Positions 9,156 through 20,800 of a stretch of 64,000 bases of DNA are shown here, piece after piece. The DNA comes from Candidatus Cloacimonadales bacterium (GTDB taxonomy: Bacteria; Cloacimonadota; Cloacimonadia; Cloacimonadales; DAONDQ01). The stretch is taken from NCBI GenBank assembly GCA_963662275.1, contig OY759316.1:1888001-1952000 (forward strand). Direction: 5' to 3'. Below the pieces are notes generated by a model, which made no database searches, was not told the DNA's origin, and saw only the letters and a list, made by a program, of their open reading frames with translations. A program made the translations under genes and the position numbers. Position 1 is the first letter of the stretch. Every line of letters starts with the position of its first letter.

Positions 9156-10727
9156 ATGAAAATGACACGTTTATTATTGGTTTTTTGTTTACTTTTCGTG
9201 ATCAGTTATGCATTCGCCATCCCTAAATTGGTTGGCACATTTGCCCAGGCAGGGCATTCTGATTGGGATACGGCTGATACCACATTGACCATGACTGCCC
9301 TTATGGACACTACCTTGTATTCCATCACACTCAATCTTCCAGTTGGAACTTATCTGTATAAGGTCGTAGATGGATCAACTTGGAATGATCCAAATTATCC
9401 ATCTGAGAATCAAACTATTGAAATTACCGAACCTAGAAATGTAACCTGGTTTTGTAATAATGTCGCTCGGTTAGTGATGCACACTGATCCAATCGTTGCC
9501 GGTAGTTTTTTTTCCTTAATTGGAGGAACAGACTGGGATCCAACGAATGGATTGGGAGCAATGGCTTTTCAGTCACAAGCGACTATGATTTATACTTGGG
9601 AAGGTTTGATTCCAGCAGGAACATTTGCATTCAAGGTGACTTTGAATCATAACTGGATTCAGAATCCAACAACAAACGACATCGGTTTTGTTTCTGATGG
9701 TACAACACCAACCTTGATCACATATAATTTCTATACGAATGTTGTGACAACAAGTGCAGGCGCACCACCATCAGCTACGATCACGTTTACAGTTAATGAT
9801 ACAGCAGGTCAAACACATACAGCCTTCTATTTGAAAGGTTCATGGAATGTGAATGGAAATTATGATCCTACATGGGGACAAGGAATGGAACATATTGTCC
9901 TGACGGATGATGGTTTGAATGGCGATGTAACAGCAGGTGATCATATCTTTACTGCGGTTCAGAGTTTAGTGACTGATGCTGGTGCTAGTACCTGGTCTTG
10001 GGGTGTTAATGATGAAACTCATACATGGGTGAATGTTACTTACCAGACTTTCAATCTTCCTACAGCAGATCCTCAGGCATTTGGAATTGTCTTATTGGGT
10101 GGATTAATCCAACCTGTGTCAGTACTATTTCAACTAAATGTAGCTGGTGGAGATCCAGCAATTTATGCACATGGATTAAGTGTACAAGGAGATGTTCTTC
10201 CATTGGATTGGACAAATGGAAGTCACATGTTAGGACTTATTGATAACATCTATACAATGGATGTAATATTTCCGGTAGGTTCACCACGATACGTTCAATA
10301 CAAATTTGGTGCATTTGATTCTCTGGATACTTGGACTTGGGAGTCTTTTGGTGGAAATCACTTTTTTATCATCAATGATTCTTCCGGCACTCAAATCCTA
10401 CCAGTCGTTGATTTCTTCCCTGTAGCTAATAATGATCATACGGCGAATGCATCTTCACTCAAATTATCGAATAGCCCAAATCCATTTATTGGCAATACTA
10501 CGATTTCCTATGAAACCAGCAAGAGCGGACGAACAGCGATCGATATCTATAATCTAAAAGGTCAATTGGTTCGTACACTTGTTTCTGGACAAATGGAAAA
10601 GGGAAATCATATAGCCAAATGGGATTCCCGGGACAAGGATGGAAGACAGGTAGCGAGTGGAGTATATGTCTACAGATTAAGGAACAATGGACAAATAATC
10701 GGTAAAAAAATGGTTTTACTGAAATAA
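9156..10727 (+). CDS. Secreted multi-domain starch-binding protein with FlgD/T9SS-like C-terminal domain
   Basis: Signal peptide after AAGGAG RBS; two pullulanase X25-like repeats, LTDDGLNGDVTAGD motif, CBM20-like domain, then NSPNPF...IYNLKGQLVRTL...WDSRD...SGVYVY...KKMVLLK. No catalytic motif seen. Confidence 0.7.
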   Translation: MKMTRLLLVFCLLFVISYAFAIPKLVGTFAQAGHSDWDTADTTLTMTALMDTTLYSITLNLPVGTYLYKVVDGSTWNDPNYPSENQTIEITEPRNVTWFCNNVARLVMHTDPIVAGSFFSLIGGTDWDPTNGLGAMAFQSQATMIYTWEGLIPAGTFAFKVTLNHNWIQNPTTNDIGFVSDGTTPTLITYNFYTNVVTTSAGAPPSATITFTVNDTAGQTHTAFYLKGSWNVNGNYDPTWGQGMEHIVLTDDGLNGDVTAGDHIFTAVQSLVTDAGASTWSWGVNDETHTWVNVTYQTFNLPTADPQAFGIVLLGGLIQPVSVLFQLNVAGGDPAIYAHGLSVQGDVLPLDWTNGSHMLGLIDNIYTMDVIFPVGSPRYVQYKFGAFDSLDTWTWESFGGNHFFIINDSSGTQILPVVDFFPVANNDHTANASSLKLSNSPNPFIGNTTISYETSKSGRTAIDIYNLKGQLVRTLVSGQMEKGNHIAKWDSRDKDGRQVASGVYVYRLRNNGQIIGKKMVLLK

Positions 10728-10760
10728 ACGATAGAACCTAAATAGTTTATATCATCACAC

Positions 10761-10790
10761 GGCTTGTCTTCCAAGTTGTGAAGACAAGCC
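10761..10790 (+). terminator. Intra-operonic hairpin (possible attenuator or mRNA-stability element)
   Basis: GGCTTGTCTTC-8 nt-GAAGACAAGCC perfect 11-bp stem followed by ATTTTATT. Confidence 0.6.
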
Positions 10791-10813
10791 ATTTTATTGT
10801 AGTGGATGGAAAG

Positions 10814-11926
10814 ATGACTAAAAATGTATTAATTTTAGTATTCTCTTGTTTTGTCTCGATGTGTATAGGTATCACGGATTTAGATATTTCACAGCGTATC
10901 AAGGTAGATTCGCTCATGGTGAGTTATTTTACTGAAGATGAAGTACTGATGAAAACAGGAAGCGGAACATTATTGGAATATCCTGATGATTCTTTTTGGG
11001 GGATCAATAATGATGTAAAGCAACTCAAAGTATCCTGGGACAGACAATACTTCTATGTGGAATTAGATGCTGCCTGTTGGGGAAATAATGTTATTCTGTT
11101 TTTCGATATTTATGATGATTATGGTTTTACGAATATGCGAGACCTGAATACCTGGAAGCGAGCATTCCAGTTTTATGGAATGAATCCTGATTTCCTGCTA
11201 GCAACTTGGGATGGTAATACAATACCTCAATTTTGGAAAGTTCGTGAAGGAAGTATCAATACTGCTGACCAAATAACAGTTGAATCATATGCTTCCATGA
11301 ATACTGGAAATCTAGGGAGATTCATGATAGCGAAGATACCTTGGTCAGTTTTATATTATAATACCCAGCGAAAGATGGCTGATTATCCATTGATTAAGAT
11401 GGTTGCAGTCATCACAGGGAAGGATGATAATACTGGCGGACCTGACTGTATGCCGGATAACCTGGGTGGAATGAACAATGAATCAAGTGCCACTGCTTTC
11501 ATCGATAATTATGTATCCGTTAATGTAGATGCTGATAGTTCTGATACTTCTGACATTGGGGTCAATCCTCAGACCATTAGAACCTTCTTTAAACAGCCCC
11601 CTTTCCAATCAGTTGCCTTAAAGTTAAATCAGTTTGCTTTTGATGAGGGAAGAAAGTTGAATTCAGGTAGGGGTCAGATTTTACATTTTAGAGTTATTCC
11701 AAACAGAGCAACTAAGCTCAAAGTTGAAATTTATAATATGAAAGGCGAAATGGTCAATTACGCAGTACTTTCCAGTTCATCCATCATAGGTGCTTTAGAT
11801 CAGAATTGGTATTGGGATGGTAAAGATAAGTCTGGAAAAGCAGTTCCCTTTGGTTTTTATATTCTAAGAGCAATTACGGATAATGGCGAAGTTAGTAAAA
11901 AAGAAACGATAGTTGTTTATCATTAA
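10814..11926 (+). CDS. Secreted DOMON/CBM9-like protein with FlgD-like C-terminal domain
   Basis: Hydrophobic N-terminus from ATG 10814; NDVKQLKVSWD..YFYV motif; C-terminal VEIYNMKGE...WDGKDKSGKAVPFGFYI. Confidence 0.55.
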   Translation: MTKNVLILVFSCFVSMCIGITDLDISQRIKVDSLMVSYFTEDEVLMKTGSGTLLEYPDDSFWGINNDVKQLKVSWDRQYFYVELDAACWGNNVILFFDIYDDYGFTNMRDLNTWKRAFQFYGMNPDFLLATWDGNTIPQFWKVREGSINTADQITVESYASMNTGNLGRFMIAKIPWSVLYYNTQRKMADYPLIKMVAVITGKDDNTGGPDCMPDNLGGMNNESSATAFIDNYVSVNVDADSSDTSDIGVNPQTIRTFFKQPPFQSVALKLNQFAFDEGRKLNSGRGQILHFRVIPNRATKLKVEIYNMKGEMVNYAVLSSSSIIGALDQNWYWDGKDKSGKAVPFGFYILRAITDNGEVSKKETIVVYH

Positions 11927-11935
11927 AGAGGTTTT

Positions 11936-12796
11936 ATGAATAAATTTATCCTCAATCTAAGTCTTTTTATTCTCTTCATTCCCATGATGTTAAATGCTGA
12001 TTTTACCGGTATGAATTTCGGAGCGAAAGCGATGGCAATGGGAAATGCATATTTAAGTATAGCAGATGAACCTGCAGCAATCTATTGGAATCCTGCGGGA
12101 CTCGCTTTTCAAAACAAATATGTGATGTCTTTGTCTCATGAGAATATTTATTCAATACCAGGATTCTATAACGATTTGGCAGCTATGAATATACCTATTA
12201 AGCCGATTCATTTGGGAGTTGGCTGGTCACAAATGATGTTGTCGGGAGAATATGCAGAACAGGTTGCAGTCTTGGCTGGTGCATATCAATTGAAATTGGG
12301 AGATGTAGATGTTGGAATTGGTATTAGCGCAAAGAACTACTATGCTCACTTACTTAATACATTCACAGGCAGTAATCCTGTTACTGAAATAGGAAAAATC
12401 AAGCTTCCAGGCAAATTCGATACAGATGCTGGTGCTTTGATCAAGTATCAGCAAATAACTGTTGGCGCTTCAGCAAAAAATATCTTTCAGCCTAAATTCA
12501 AATTTGATAGAGTATCTCAACCGGTTTTGGCAACTTATGGTGTTGGTGCCAATTATTCATGGAAAGCAGGTTTGGTTGTTTCCGGAGATTATCAATGGGA
12601 TAAAGATAACTCATCCTGGCATATTGGTTCTGAAATTTGGTTCTATGATGTTTTTGCACCTCGTATCGGTGTCAGCGATACCAATCTAACTGCTGGATTT
12701 GGATTAAAGTCAACCCAATGGATGCTGGACGGTGCAATCTATGCTCACGAATCTTTGGGCAGCACATACCGAATTGAAATTAGTTGGATATTTTAG
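11936..12796 (+). CDS. PorV/PorQ (FadL-fold) family outer-membrane protein
   Basis: GAKAMAMGNAYLSIADEPAAIYWNPAGLA signature; alternating beta strands; terminal Phe. Confidence 0.8.
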   Translation: MNKFILNLSLFILFIPMMLNADFTGMNFGAKAMAMGNAYLSIADEPAAIYWNPAGLAFQNKYVMSLSHENIYSIPGFYNDLAAMNIPIKPIHLGVGWSQMMLSGEYAEQVAVLAGAYQLKLGDVDVGIGISAKNYYAHLLNTFTGSNPVTEIGKIKLPGKFDTDAGALIKYQQITVGASAKNIFQPKFKFDRVSQPVLATYGVGANYSWKAGLVVSGDYQWDKDNSSWHIGSEIWFYDVFAPRIGVSDTNLTAGFGLKSTQWMLDGAIYAHESLGSTYRIEISWIF

Positions 12797-12813
12797 GTAA
12801 GGGGGATCATATT

Positions 12814-14346
12814 ATGAAACTAAATATTCTGATTTTCATCTTGTTGATGACCCTTATACCTCTTGTCGCCCAGGTTAGAGTTGAAGGTAATATGGAAGGT
12901 CAGTTTGGAGCAACACAAACAGCCAATTATTTTAATTGGAATATGTGGGATCCGAATTTCAATATTGAAACGCGCTTCTATGCAAATCCTGCCGCCAACA
13001 CAGAAGCCTATATGAAACTTTATGCAGAAAAGTATGATAAATCCAACACCTTGCTTCAGAATACAGAACTTGTTATGACAGAGGCTCATATCAAGTATCG
13101 TACGGAAGCTAAAAGTAGAGGAATGGGTGTGGCGTTATTTACCAGGGATCAAAGCTTCTACTGGACTGATGGCTCCATGCTCGGGTTATTAAATACAGGC
13201 TCAGTCAATGATGGAGGAAATGGACAAGGAGGAAGACTCGATTTGTGGTATCCGGGAAATGGTAGTCTCACTTACGTGTTTTCCGATTATTCAGGGGGGC
13301 AGAGTGACGATATTCATTTGTTGCGATTCAGGCAGTCTATCGTCAAGGATAAGCTTTTCATGGGTGCATTCTACCAACGGAAAAACTATACAACATCAAC
13401 GAGCAGGTTGAATTATAATGAAATCTATGCCTCTGATATCCGCTGGACGATTGCTAAAAAATACTCTATAGCTGCTGAATTTGCCTGTAGTGCTGTTCCT
13501 TCTGAACCACTTGTAGATGCAGAAGCAATCAATTATCAGGATTCCTTTACCCATGACTTCAGCTTTTCCCATTTTGCATCTTTGAAAGATATTGGGAATG
13601 ATACAAGAAATCTGCTTAAAAGTAACTTTGCTACCCAATTTGAATTTCGTGGATTTAGATTAAGTAATCCTAATTATGGTTCATGGTTCGTTAATCCAGG
13701 AGCTTTTTCTTATGGAAAAGATTACAGAAACTATATGGGTACAAATACAAATGATAAACTAGGGTATTATATCAATACCTACTATATCGTTCCCCAGCGT
13801 GCTGTCACATTAACTATGAATTATAATTATAGCAGCAACCAGGGGAAGAACATTGTTCATGAAACAGAAATGATTATGGATAAGAATACTAGCCTTTATT
13901 CAGAAGCTTATATCGAATTTGTGAATGGATTCAAGGGCAAATTCTCATACAATGTCAAAGATGATTGGTGGAAAGGAACTCATTATGATCATAATGATTT
14001 CTTCAGTGAATTAGGTGTGGAAAACCGAACTGCTAAACTATTACTGCAATTCAAGATTAAGGATTTGAATATCCCTCAGGAAAAACAGATTGTTGGTATT
14101 GAAACTGGAATCAATCTTACCACACATTGGCGTCTCTTTGCCAGGGGAATGATTCTCAACAATCGTGCAGAAGCAAACCACAGCATATTTGGTGAAGTAC
14201 AATACATCCCTGGTAACAGTACAGAATTTTACCTGCAGTATGGTCCCAGTTACTGGGGACAGTATGGTTTGGTTAATGATGACGGATTTACAAACAATGG
14301 CACAATGCAACAAGAAATTAAACTGATCGTCAAGTGCTGGTTTTAA
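12814..14346 (+). CDS. Hypothetical outer-membrane beta-barrel protein
   Basis: Signal peptide from ATG 12814 after AAGGGGG RBS; aromatic-rich amphipathic strands; ends QEIKLIVKCWF. Confidence 0.55.
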   Translation: MKLNILIFILLMTLIPLVAQVRVEGNMEGQFGATQTANYFNWNMWDPNFNIETRFYANPAANTEAYMKLYAEKYDKSNTLLQNTELVMTEAHIKYRTEAKSRGMGVALFTRDQSFYWTDGSMLGLLNTGSVNDGGNGQGGRLDLWYPGNGSLTYVFSDYSGGQSDDIHLLRFRQSIVKDKLFMGAFYQRKNYTTSTSRLNYNEIYASDIRWTIAKKYSIAAEFACSAVPSEPLVDAEAINYQDSFTHDFSFSHFASLKDIGNDTRNLLKSNFATQFEFRGFRLSNPNYGSWFVNPGAFSYGKDYRNYMGTNTNDKLGYYINTYYIVPQRAVTLTMNYNYSSNQGKNIVHETEMIMDKNTSLYSEAYIEFVNGFKGKFSYNVKDDWWKGTHYDHNDFFSELGVENRTAKLLLQFKIKDLNIPQEKQIVGIETGINLTTHWRLFARGMILNNRAEANHSIFGEVQYIPGNSTEFYLQYGPSYWGQYGLVNDDGFTNNGTMQQEIKLIVKCWF

Positions 14347-14362
14347 GGATAAAGGAGAATTC

Positions 14363-16294
14363 ATGCGCACAGTATTTTTTATTATTTTAACTTTAATGAT
14401 TCCCCTGTTGCCCCTTTACGCTGCGATATCTGATAATGCAGGCGGTATCGAATTTTCTTATGATGCTCCCAATGCTGGTTCCATCAGTATTGCAGGATCA
14501 TTAAACGGCTGGAATACAACTGCAAACCCGATGAAGAAGGATACTAATGGCGTTTGGAAGGCAATCATTCCTTTACAAGCCGGGAAATATCAATATAAGT
14601 ATGTAGTTGATGGTACTTGGAACTATGATCAGGATAATAGTGAGACAGCCGATGATGGTTATGGCGGTCAGAATTCTTCCTTTGAAGTAGGTTCAGATGG
14701 TAAGTTGCTAACAAAAGCAAAAGTGGAAGCAGGTGGAATTAAAACCAGCCTGAATCCTAAGATCACTTTTAACGGCAGATATTATACAGAAAACATCTTC
14801 AAAAAGAACACATTTTCTCGTTATACTCTTCAAAAGCCTTTACATGACATTAACCTCATCCCCTCCCTGAAATTCAGCAACAATTTCACCGCCCGATTTG
14901 TCTGGAAGATCAATAACCAGCTCGAAGGTGCTGATATGTATAAAACTCATCTCAAGTATTTAAACAGCGAGATTAATTTACATACTGATGCCTTCGATCT
15001 CTATGCCTTTGATAACACTGGCAGGATTCGTTTTGATGATCCCCTTCATTTCCTTGGTGACGATGGCAAGTATCATTATGACTTTGGTTGGGGATTCCGA
15101 GGAATTGATGTCAAGTCTCCTGATTATAAATGGCATATATTGATACCTTCCATTGAAGGTGTATTTTCCGATGGTACAAGAATCACAGATTTTCATGAAG
15201 GTGATTTGAAAGCAGGAAGAGCCTCGCTGAAATTTGATGTTCCTTTCAGTCCCAAGTTCGGATATTCCGCAATGGATGTAAGAATCCCTGTCGTGAATCG
15301 TGACTATAATAATCATTTAAGTAATGAATTTGACCTTACTTTGACCAAAGACCTGAATAACTGGGGTAATGAAAAACCCTTACGTTTAGAACCTTATGCC
15401 GAATACTACAAATTCATTAACCAAGTCGCAAATGATACATTGAAGGTTCAATGGTTGGAAGGTAACAAGATCTATGGTGGAATGAATGTGTATTTCCCAA
15501 AAGCCTTGAATCTTCATGCTTCCTATGAGCAGGTTGAATTGAAGTTTCCTAAAGTAATTTCACGGAAACAAATTCAAGTCAGTGGAGAATTTGACTTATC
15601 CAACATCTGGCTTCATTGTGGTGTTGAGTACAGACATAACGTTTATCCTGATAGTGCACAAGTACCATGGTCAGATTATTACAGATTCATGGAAAAAACC
15701 AATGGAAATGGCAGATGGTTCCAACAATATACGGATGTTCCCTGGGAAAGATTTACTAACCTGGGATATGAAGAAACCATGCTTTGGAACAGTGATATTG
15801 GGTATCGTTTTTCTTTGAATAAGTATTCTCATTTTATCCAGTTGAAGTCGAAGGCAGCCCAAACGAAGATTACTTCTCAACCGAAATACATTGAGAATAT
15901 CCTTATCGTGGAACTGCAATTGGCTAAATCTTGGTTCATTGGTTCTGATACTAGGGTTCCATATTATAATGACAATTTCCATGGTATTAAAACAGATATC
16001 GGTAAGAAAAGGGATTTCTTCTGGTCTAATTATTCTCAGCTTGAGTATAGAATCGCCCCAAATGTTAAAGTAGCAGTTGGTTGGGGTGTGAATCCCATAG
16101 TACTGAGCAGTGTTACTGACAATGTTGTTAATGCAGGTCGTGAGAATTTCCTTGGTGCATCTTCACTCATCGGAAACGCAGTAGAAACACAAGTTCAAAA
16201 CGCCTATTTCGGAATTGGTTCATATATCCGCAATGCTGAAAAAGCTTTGAAAAATGAACAAAGAATAAATGTCACTGCCACTATGAGTTTTTAG
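14363..16294 (+). CDS. CBM48 (glycogen-binding) domain fused to putative outer-membrane beta-barrel
   Basis: Signal peptide; IAGSLNGWN..PM..W...L.AGKYQYKYVVDG.W..D...DDGYGGQNS; long beta-rich region ending RINVTATMSF. Confidence 0.65.
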   Translation: MRTVFFIILTLMIPLLPLYAAISDNAGGIEFSYDAPNAGSISIAGSLNGWNTTANPMKKDTNGVWKAIIPLQAGKYQYKYVVDGTWNYDQDNSETADDGYGGQNSSFEVGSDGKLLTKAKVEAGGIKTSLNPKITFNGRYYTENIFKKNTFSRYTLQKPLHDINLIPSLKFSNNFTARFVWKINNQLEGADMYKTHLKYLNSEINLHTDAFDLYAFDNTGRIRFDDPLHFLGDDGKYHYDFGWGFRGIDVKSPDYKWHILIPSIEGVFSDGTRITDFHEGDLKAGRASLKFDVPFSPKFGYSAMDVRIPVVNRDYNNHLSNEFDLTLTKDLNNWGNEKPLRLEPYAEYYKFINQVANDTLKVQWLEGNKIYGGMNVYFPKALNLHASYEQVELKFPKVISRKQIQVSGEFDLSNIWLHCGVEYRHNVYPDSAQVPWSDYYRFMEKTNGNGRWFQQYTDVPWERFTNLGYEETMLWNSDIGYRFSLNKYSHFIQLKSKAAQTKITSQPKYIENILIVELQLAKSWFIGSDTRVPYYNDNFHGIKTDIGKKRDFFWSNYSQLEYRIAPNVKVAVGWGVNPIVLSSVTDNVVNAGRENFLGASSLIGNAVETQVQNAYFGIGSYIRNAEKALKNEQRINVTATMSF

Positions 16295-16303
16295 GAGAAT
16301 GCG

Positions 16304-16705
16304 ATGAAAAGAATAATCATACTATTCATCATGGGATTTCTCCTATTATCAACTGTCTCATGTTCATTGAATTTCATAAAGAGAAGGTTAACGCCTCCCC
16401 ATCCTGTATCTGGTGGAATTATGTTTCAGTACGAAGCACCATCAGCCAGAATTGTCAACCTGGCAGGTGATTTCCCTGATATTCTCTGGGATTCTCAGAA
16501 ACAGCCAATGTTTGACGATGGTACACATGGTGATAAAGTTGCTGGAGATGGTATCTGGACTCTAGTCAAAGAACTGACTCCAGGACGATATACATACAAA
16601 TTCGTTATAGACAGAAACTCCTGGGTTGCAGACCCGAATAATTTTGAAGTAGCAGATGACGGTTATGGTGGGAAAAACTCCGTAATTGTCGTTGTACCAG
16701 AATAA
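16304..16705 (+). CDS. Small lipoprotein with CBM48-like glycogen-binding domain
   Basis: Lipobox TVSC; VNLAGDF, LTPGRYTYKFVID..W.ADP and DDGYGGKNS motifs. Confidence 0.75.
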   Translation: MKRIIILFIMGFLLLSTVSCSLNFIKRRLTPPHPVSGGIMFQYEAPSARIVNLAGDFPDILWDSQKQPMFDDGTHGDKVAGDGIWTLVKELTPGRYTYKFVIDRNSWVADPNNFEVADDGYGGKNSVIVVVPE

Positions 16706-16726
16706 ATAGCTATTATTGAGGTATAT

Positions 16727-17758
16727 ATGAAAAAGATATTTATCCTAGTCATGTTATGCAGCTTGCTTGTTATCTTTGGTTGTTCTAAAAAGGATATCCA
16801 GTCTCCTTATTCTTATAATTGCTCACTTGAAGGTAAGGTCTCTTTTACTGGCATGCCTCCAGATAGTGTGTCTGCATTAGTATCGTTATTCACGATTGGC
16901 ACAATAACCCAGCCGAGTATCTTAGTTGCTGATACTTATACCGATAATACCGGATATTACCATTTTGAGCATCTAACAAATATCAAGGTAGATATACATA
17001 TCGAAGCAGATCGTTTCGATACACAGATCATCAGCAATGTTGTGCTGCACAGTACTCAGACTGATTCTGTGCATACCGTCACTCTTCTTCCACTACCTGT
17101 AATCCAGATTCTTACACCTGTGTTAGATGGTGTTGTTGATGCCGGATGGGATCCAACCTATGTGAATACGATTACTTCGACTGTTTCAGGTTGGGGGAAT
17201 AATGATTTGAAAAATCTATATCTTGCCCGTGATTCAGTGAATCTTTACATTGTTTTAACAGGTATGTTTCCAACTACAGAAAATACAGTTAATTTCTATC
17301 TTGATAAGGATTATGGAGTTACAACTAAGACTGGTATCAGCGATTTCTCATTAATTTCAGGTGGTACAACAGGTGATCATCTTAGAAAAAATGTAACAAC
17401 TCCAAGTAGTTTTGGAGCGGACATTGGCTTCAGTGCCTGGCATTTCAATACAGATATGTCCATGGCTCAGTTAAGCACAACTGGTGCTGCAACGGTTATT
17501 ACAACACCAATCTATCATATTATCAATAGCCCGGGTACGGGCGATGATGTTATTGAAATATCAATTCCTCTAACGGAAATTTATGGAAGTGCTAACATCC
17601 CAGCAAATACAAAAATCGCTATTGTAGCCATCATTGCTGGTGTAAATGATGATTTATATATTGATAATGACACTATTCCCATGATGTCGTCTCAAGCTAA
17701 TCCACATCAGACAACAAATCCATTTGTCTTTTCTGATGTTATACGCATTAAAATGTAA
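16727..17758 (+). CDS. Lipoprotein with transthyretin/carboxypeptidase-regulatory-like and DOMON/CBM9-like domains
   Basis: Lipobox IFGC; TYTDNTGYYHFEHL; LDGVVDAGW..NDLKNLYLARDSVNLYI..IEISIPL. Confidence 0.55.
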   Translation: MKKIFILVMLCSLLVIFGCSKKDIQSPYSYNCSLEGKVSFTGMPPDSVSALVSLFTIGTITQPSILVADTYTDNTGYYHFEHLTNIKVDIHIEADRFDTQIISNVVLHSTQTDSVHTVTLLPLPVIQILTPVLDGVVDAGWDPTYVNTITSTVSGWGNNDLKNLYLARDSVNLYIVLTGMFPTTENTVNFYLDKDYGVTTKTGISDFSLISGGTTGDHLRKNVTTPSSFGADIGFSAWHFNTDMSMAQLSTTGAATVITTPIYHIINSPGTGDDVIEISIPLTEIYGSANIPANTKIAIVAIIAGVNDDLYIDNDTIPMMSSQANPHQTTNPFVFSDVIRIKM

Positions 17759-17788
17759 TGTGGCATAAGATTGGAATCTTACGCCACA
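17759..17788 (+). other. Intergenic stem-loop upstream of the GH13 gene
   Basis: TGTGGCATAAGATT-GG-AATCTTACGCCACA inverted repeat, no U-tract. Confidence 0.5.
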
Positions 17789-17809
17789 ACTGCAAAATAA
17801 GGAGTGAAC

Positions 17810-20800
17810 ATGAAAAATAACCTTTTAAAATTGATACTAATTTTCACCGGAATTCTCTTACTACTCGCTGGCTGTGCTGCCGTCGGTATGAGTGAAAAAT
17901 CAACTCCTGTTCAAAAAAAGAATCAGCCTGTTTCCATTAAGACAGATGGTGTTAGTTTCAGTTTTGTAGCACCTGAAGCACAAAATGTTGCTTTAGTGGG
18001 TGAATTTAATAAATGGGATGTCAATGCCAATCCAATGAAGAATGAGGGTGGTACTTGGAAAATATCCGTTCCTTTGGCACCAGGCACATACCAGTATAAA
18101 TTCTTGGTGAATGGTACTGATTGGAAGCTTGACCCAACCAACACCAATAGTGCAGACGATGGCTACGGTGGGAAGAATTCTCTGGTTACCGTGGGAGGTA
18201 CGCAAACTGCACAACCTGCAAAAGCTCCTGCTCCAGTAGCAAAAGTAGCAAATTCAAATGGTATTGAGTTTACTTTTAGTGCACCTGATGCAAAGTCTGT
18301 CAATATTGTAGGTGATTTCAATAAATGGGATACCAATGCCAACCCCATGAACAATGTAAATGGTACTTGGAAAGTGTCGTTACCACTAGCCTCAGGTTCT
18401 TATCAATACAAATTCTATGTGAATGGTTCGGATTGGAAAGAAGATCCTAACAATACAAAAAGTGTAGATGACGGATATGGCGGAAAGAATTCTTTGATAG
18501 AAGTCGGTACTCCAACAACTCCTGCTGCCGTTACTCCACCAGCTAATACCCAGGGTAGTGCTGCTCCTGCTACCAAAGATACATTCCCAGTGAAATTTGA
18601 GTACAAGCCTTTAACAGGAGGTTCTCATACGGTTTTTCTTGTCGGTGATTTCAATACTTGGTCATCATCTGATACACCGATGATTGAAAAGAATGGTAAT
18701 TATGAAGTCACTCTCAACCTGAAAAAAGGAAAATATGGTTATAAGTTCTTTGTTGATGGTAATTGGGTAACAGATGAAAATGCCAAGGACTTTACAGACG
18801 ATGGTTATGGTGGAAAGAATTCCCTCGTATTTGCAGGAGCTCCTGCAGATATCAATGCCTTACGTAAGGTGACTTTTACCTATAAAGGCAAAGGGACAGA
18901 ACAGAATGTTCATCTTGTTGGTTCTTTCAATGCCTGGAATCAAACTGCTACTATAATGGACAAACAACCAGGTGGTTCCTATGTCATGACATTGCTTCTC
19001 AAACCGGATCAATACACATATAAATTCGTTGTGAATGGAACTGAATGGTTGACTGACCCCAATGCTACAAGCTCTGTAGATGATGGTTTTGGTGGTAAGA
19101 ATTCCATGATTGAAGTAGATGATACTTATCCCAAAGTTACGATAGCGAAAGGTGATGGTCAGATATTAACTTATGGTATCACGATTGACCAGAGTCTGGA
19201 GAATATCAATCCTATATCAGAAAAACAGATCGAATTTAAAGCAAAAGCACATATGAATGATGTAGAACATATTGATATCGTAATCAATGAGGTTACGCAT
19301 TCCATGGCTATGGTGGGTGATGACGGTACATTCTCTTATTATCGCTATGTCTATAACATGAAGACGAAAGATGAACCTCTTAGTTATTACTTTGTTTATA
19401 ATGATGGTACATCGAAAATGTATCTTGAGCGGCTTGTCTTCCAAAAAGATTTTGATAAAACTCTCTTATATGAATATCCAACTGCTTCTATCCAACCTTT
19501 CTTTACACCTGACTGGGCAAAGAATGGCATCATCTACCAGATATTCCCGGAGAGATTTGCCAATGGGAATACTGCCAATGATCCTGATTTCAAGGAATGG
19601 TATTACCAGGGTATAAACGTTGGTCCAAAACCTGGTTCACTGCTTCCTTCCAATAAACCTTATTATCACTTGATCAAGGATTGGTATGACATCTCAGGTC
19701 TTGTAAAAAGTCCTTATCACCAAGGGAATCAACCTGACTACAATTGCTTCTACGGCGGTGATATTGCCGGTATCGACAAGAACATTCCTTATTTGAAAGA
19801 CTTGGGAATTACCATTATTTATCTCAATCCGGTTACCCAGGGTAAATCCAATCATAAATATGATGCAACGGATTATTTGTCCCTTGATCCTCACTTTGGT
19901 ACGGAGGCTGATTTCCAGAAGTTTGTGAAAGATGCACACATTGCTGGTATCAAGATCATTATCGACGTTGCCTATAACCATACAGGCGAAACTCATTGGG
20001 CTTTCCAGGATGGTATGAAAAAAGGCAAGGATTCACAATATTATAACTGGTATGAATGGAAGAAATGGCCTTTACCCAGTCCGATGCCTGCCGGTGACAA
20101 AGAAAGCAATTATTATGACTGCTGGTGGGGATTTGGTGAAATGCCGAATCTCAATTATGACCTCAAACATGTCAATTCAGAAGAAAATGGATTTAAGGAT
20201 ACATCTAGTGTAGAGCCAAACACTGCACTGGTGAACTATGTTTTGAGTGCTTCCGATTACTGGATTGGCAAAATGGATATTGATGGATTCCGTCTGGATG
20301 TTCCAAATGAAGTTCCATTCTGGTTCTGGGAGAAGTTCAGAGCAAAAGTGAAGAGTATCAAACCGGATGCTTACCTTGTCGGTGAAATATGGACGAATGC
20401 TTCAGACTGGGTGAATAATAAATACTTCGATAGTGTGATGAACTATGCCTATTTCAAAGACCCAGTACAACGATTTATCATAGATCATAAGACTTCTGCT
20501 AAGAAATTTGACCAAGAACTGAAACCCGGTGTGATGAATTATCCTGTTCAAGCTAGTGAAGTGATGATGAATCTCATTGATAGTCATGATACTTACCGTT
20601 TCCTGGAAACTGCGAAGGGTGATGTCAGCAAACTGAAACTCGCTGCACTGTTCCAGATGACTTGGATGGGTACACCAAATGTATGGTATGGCGATGAAAT
20701 TGGGATGATGGGAGCAAAAGATCCTGACTGCCGACGTCCATTCAACTGGAAATACACGGAAGACCAAAGTAAAGTGGCTCTTCATGATTACTATAAAAAA

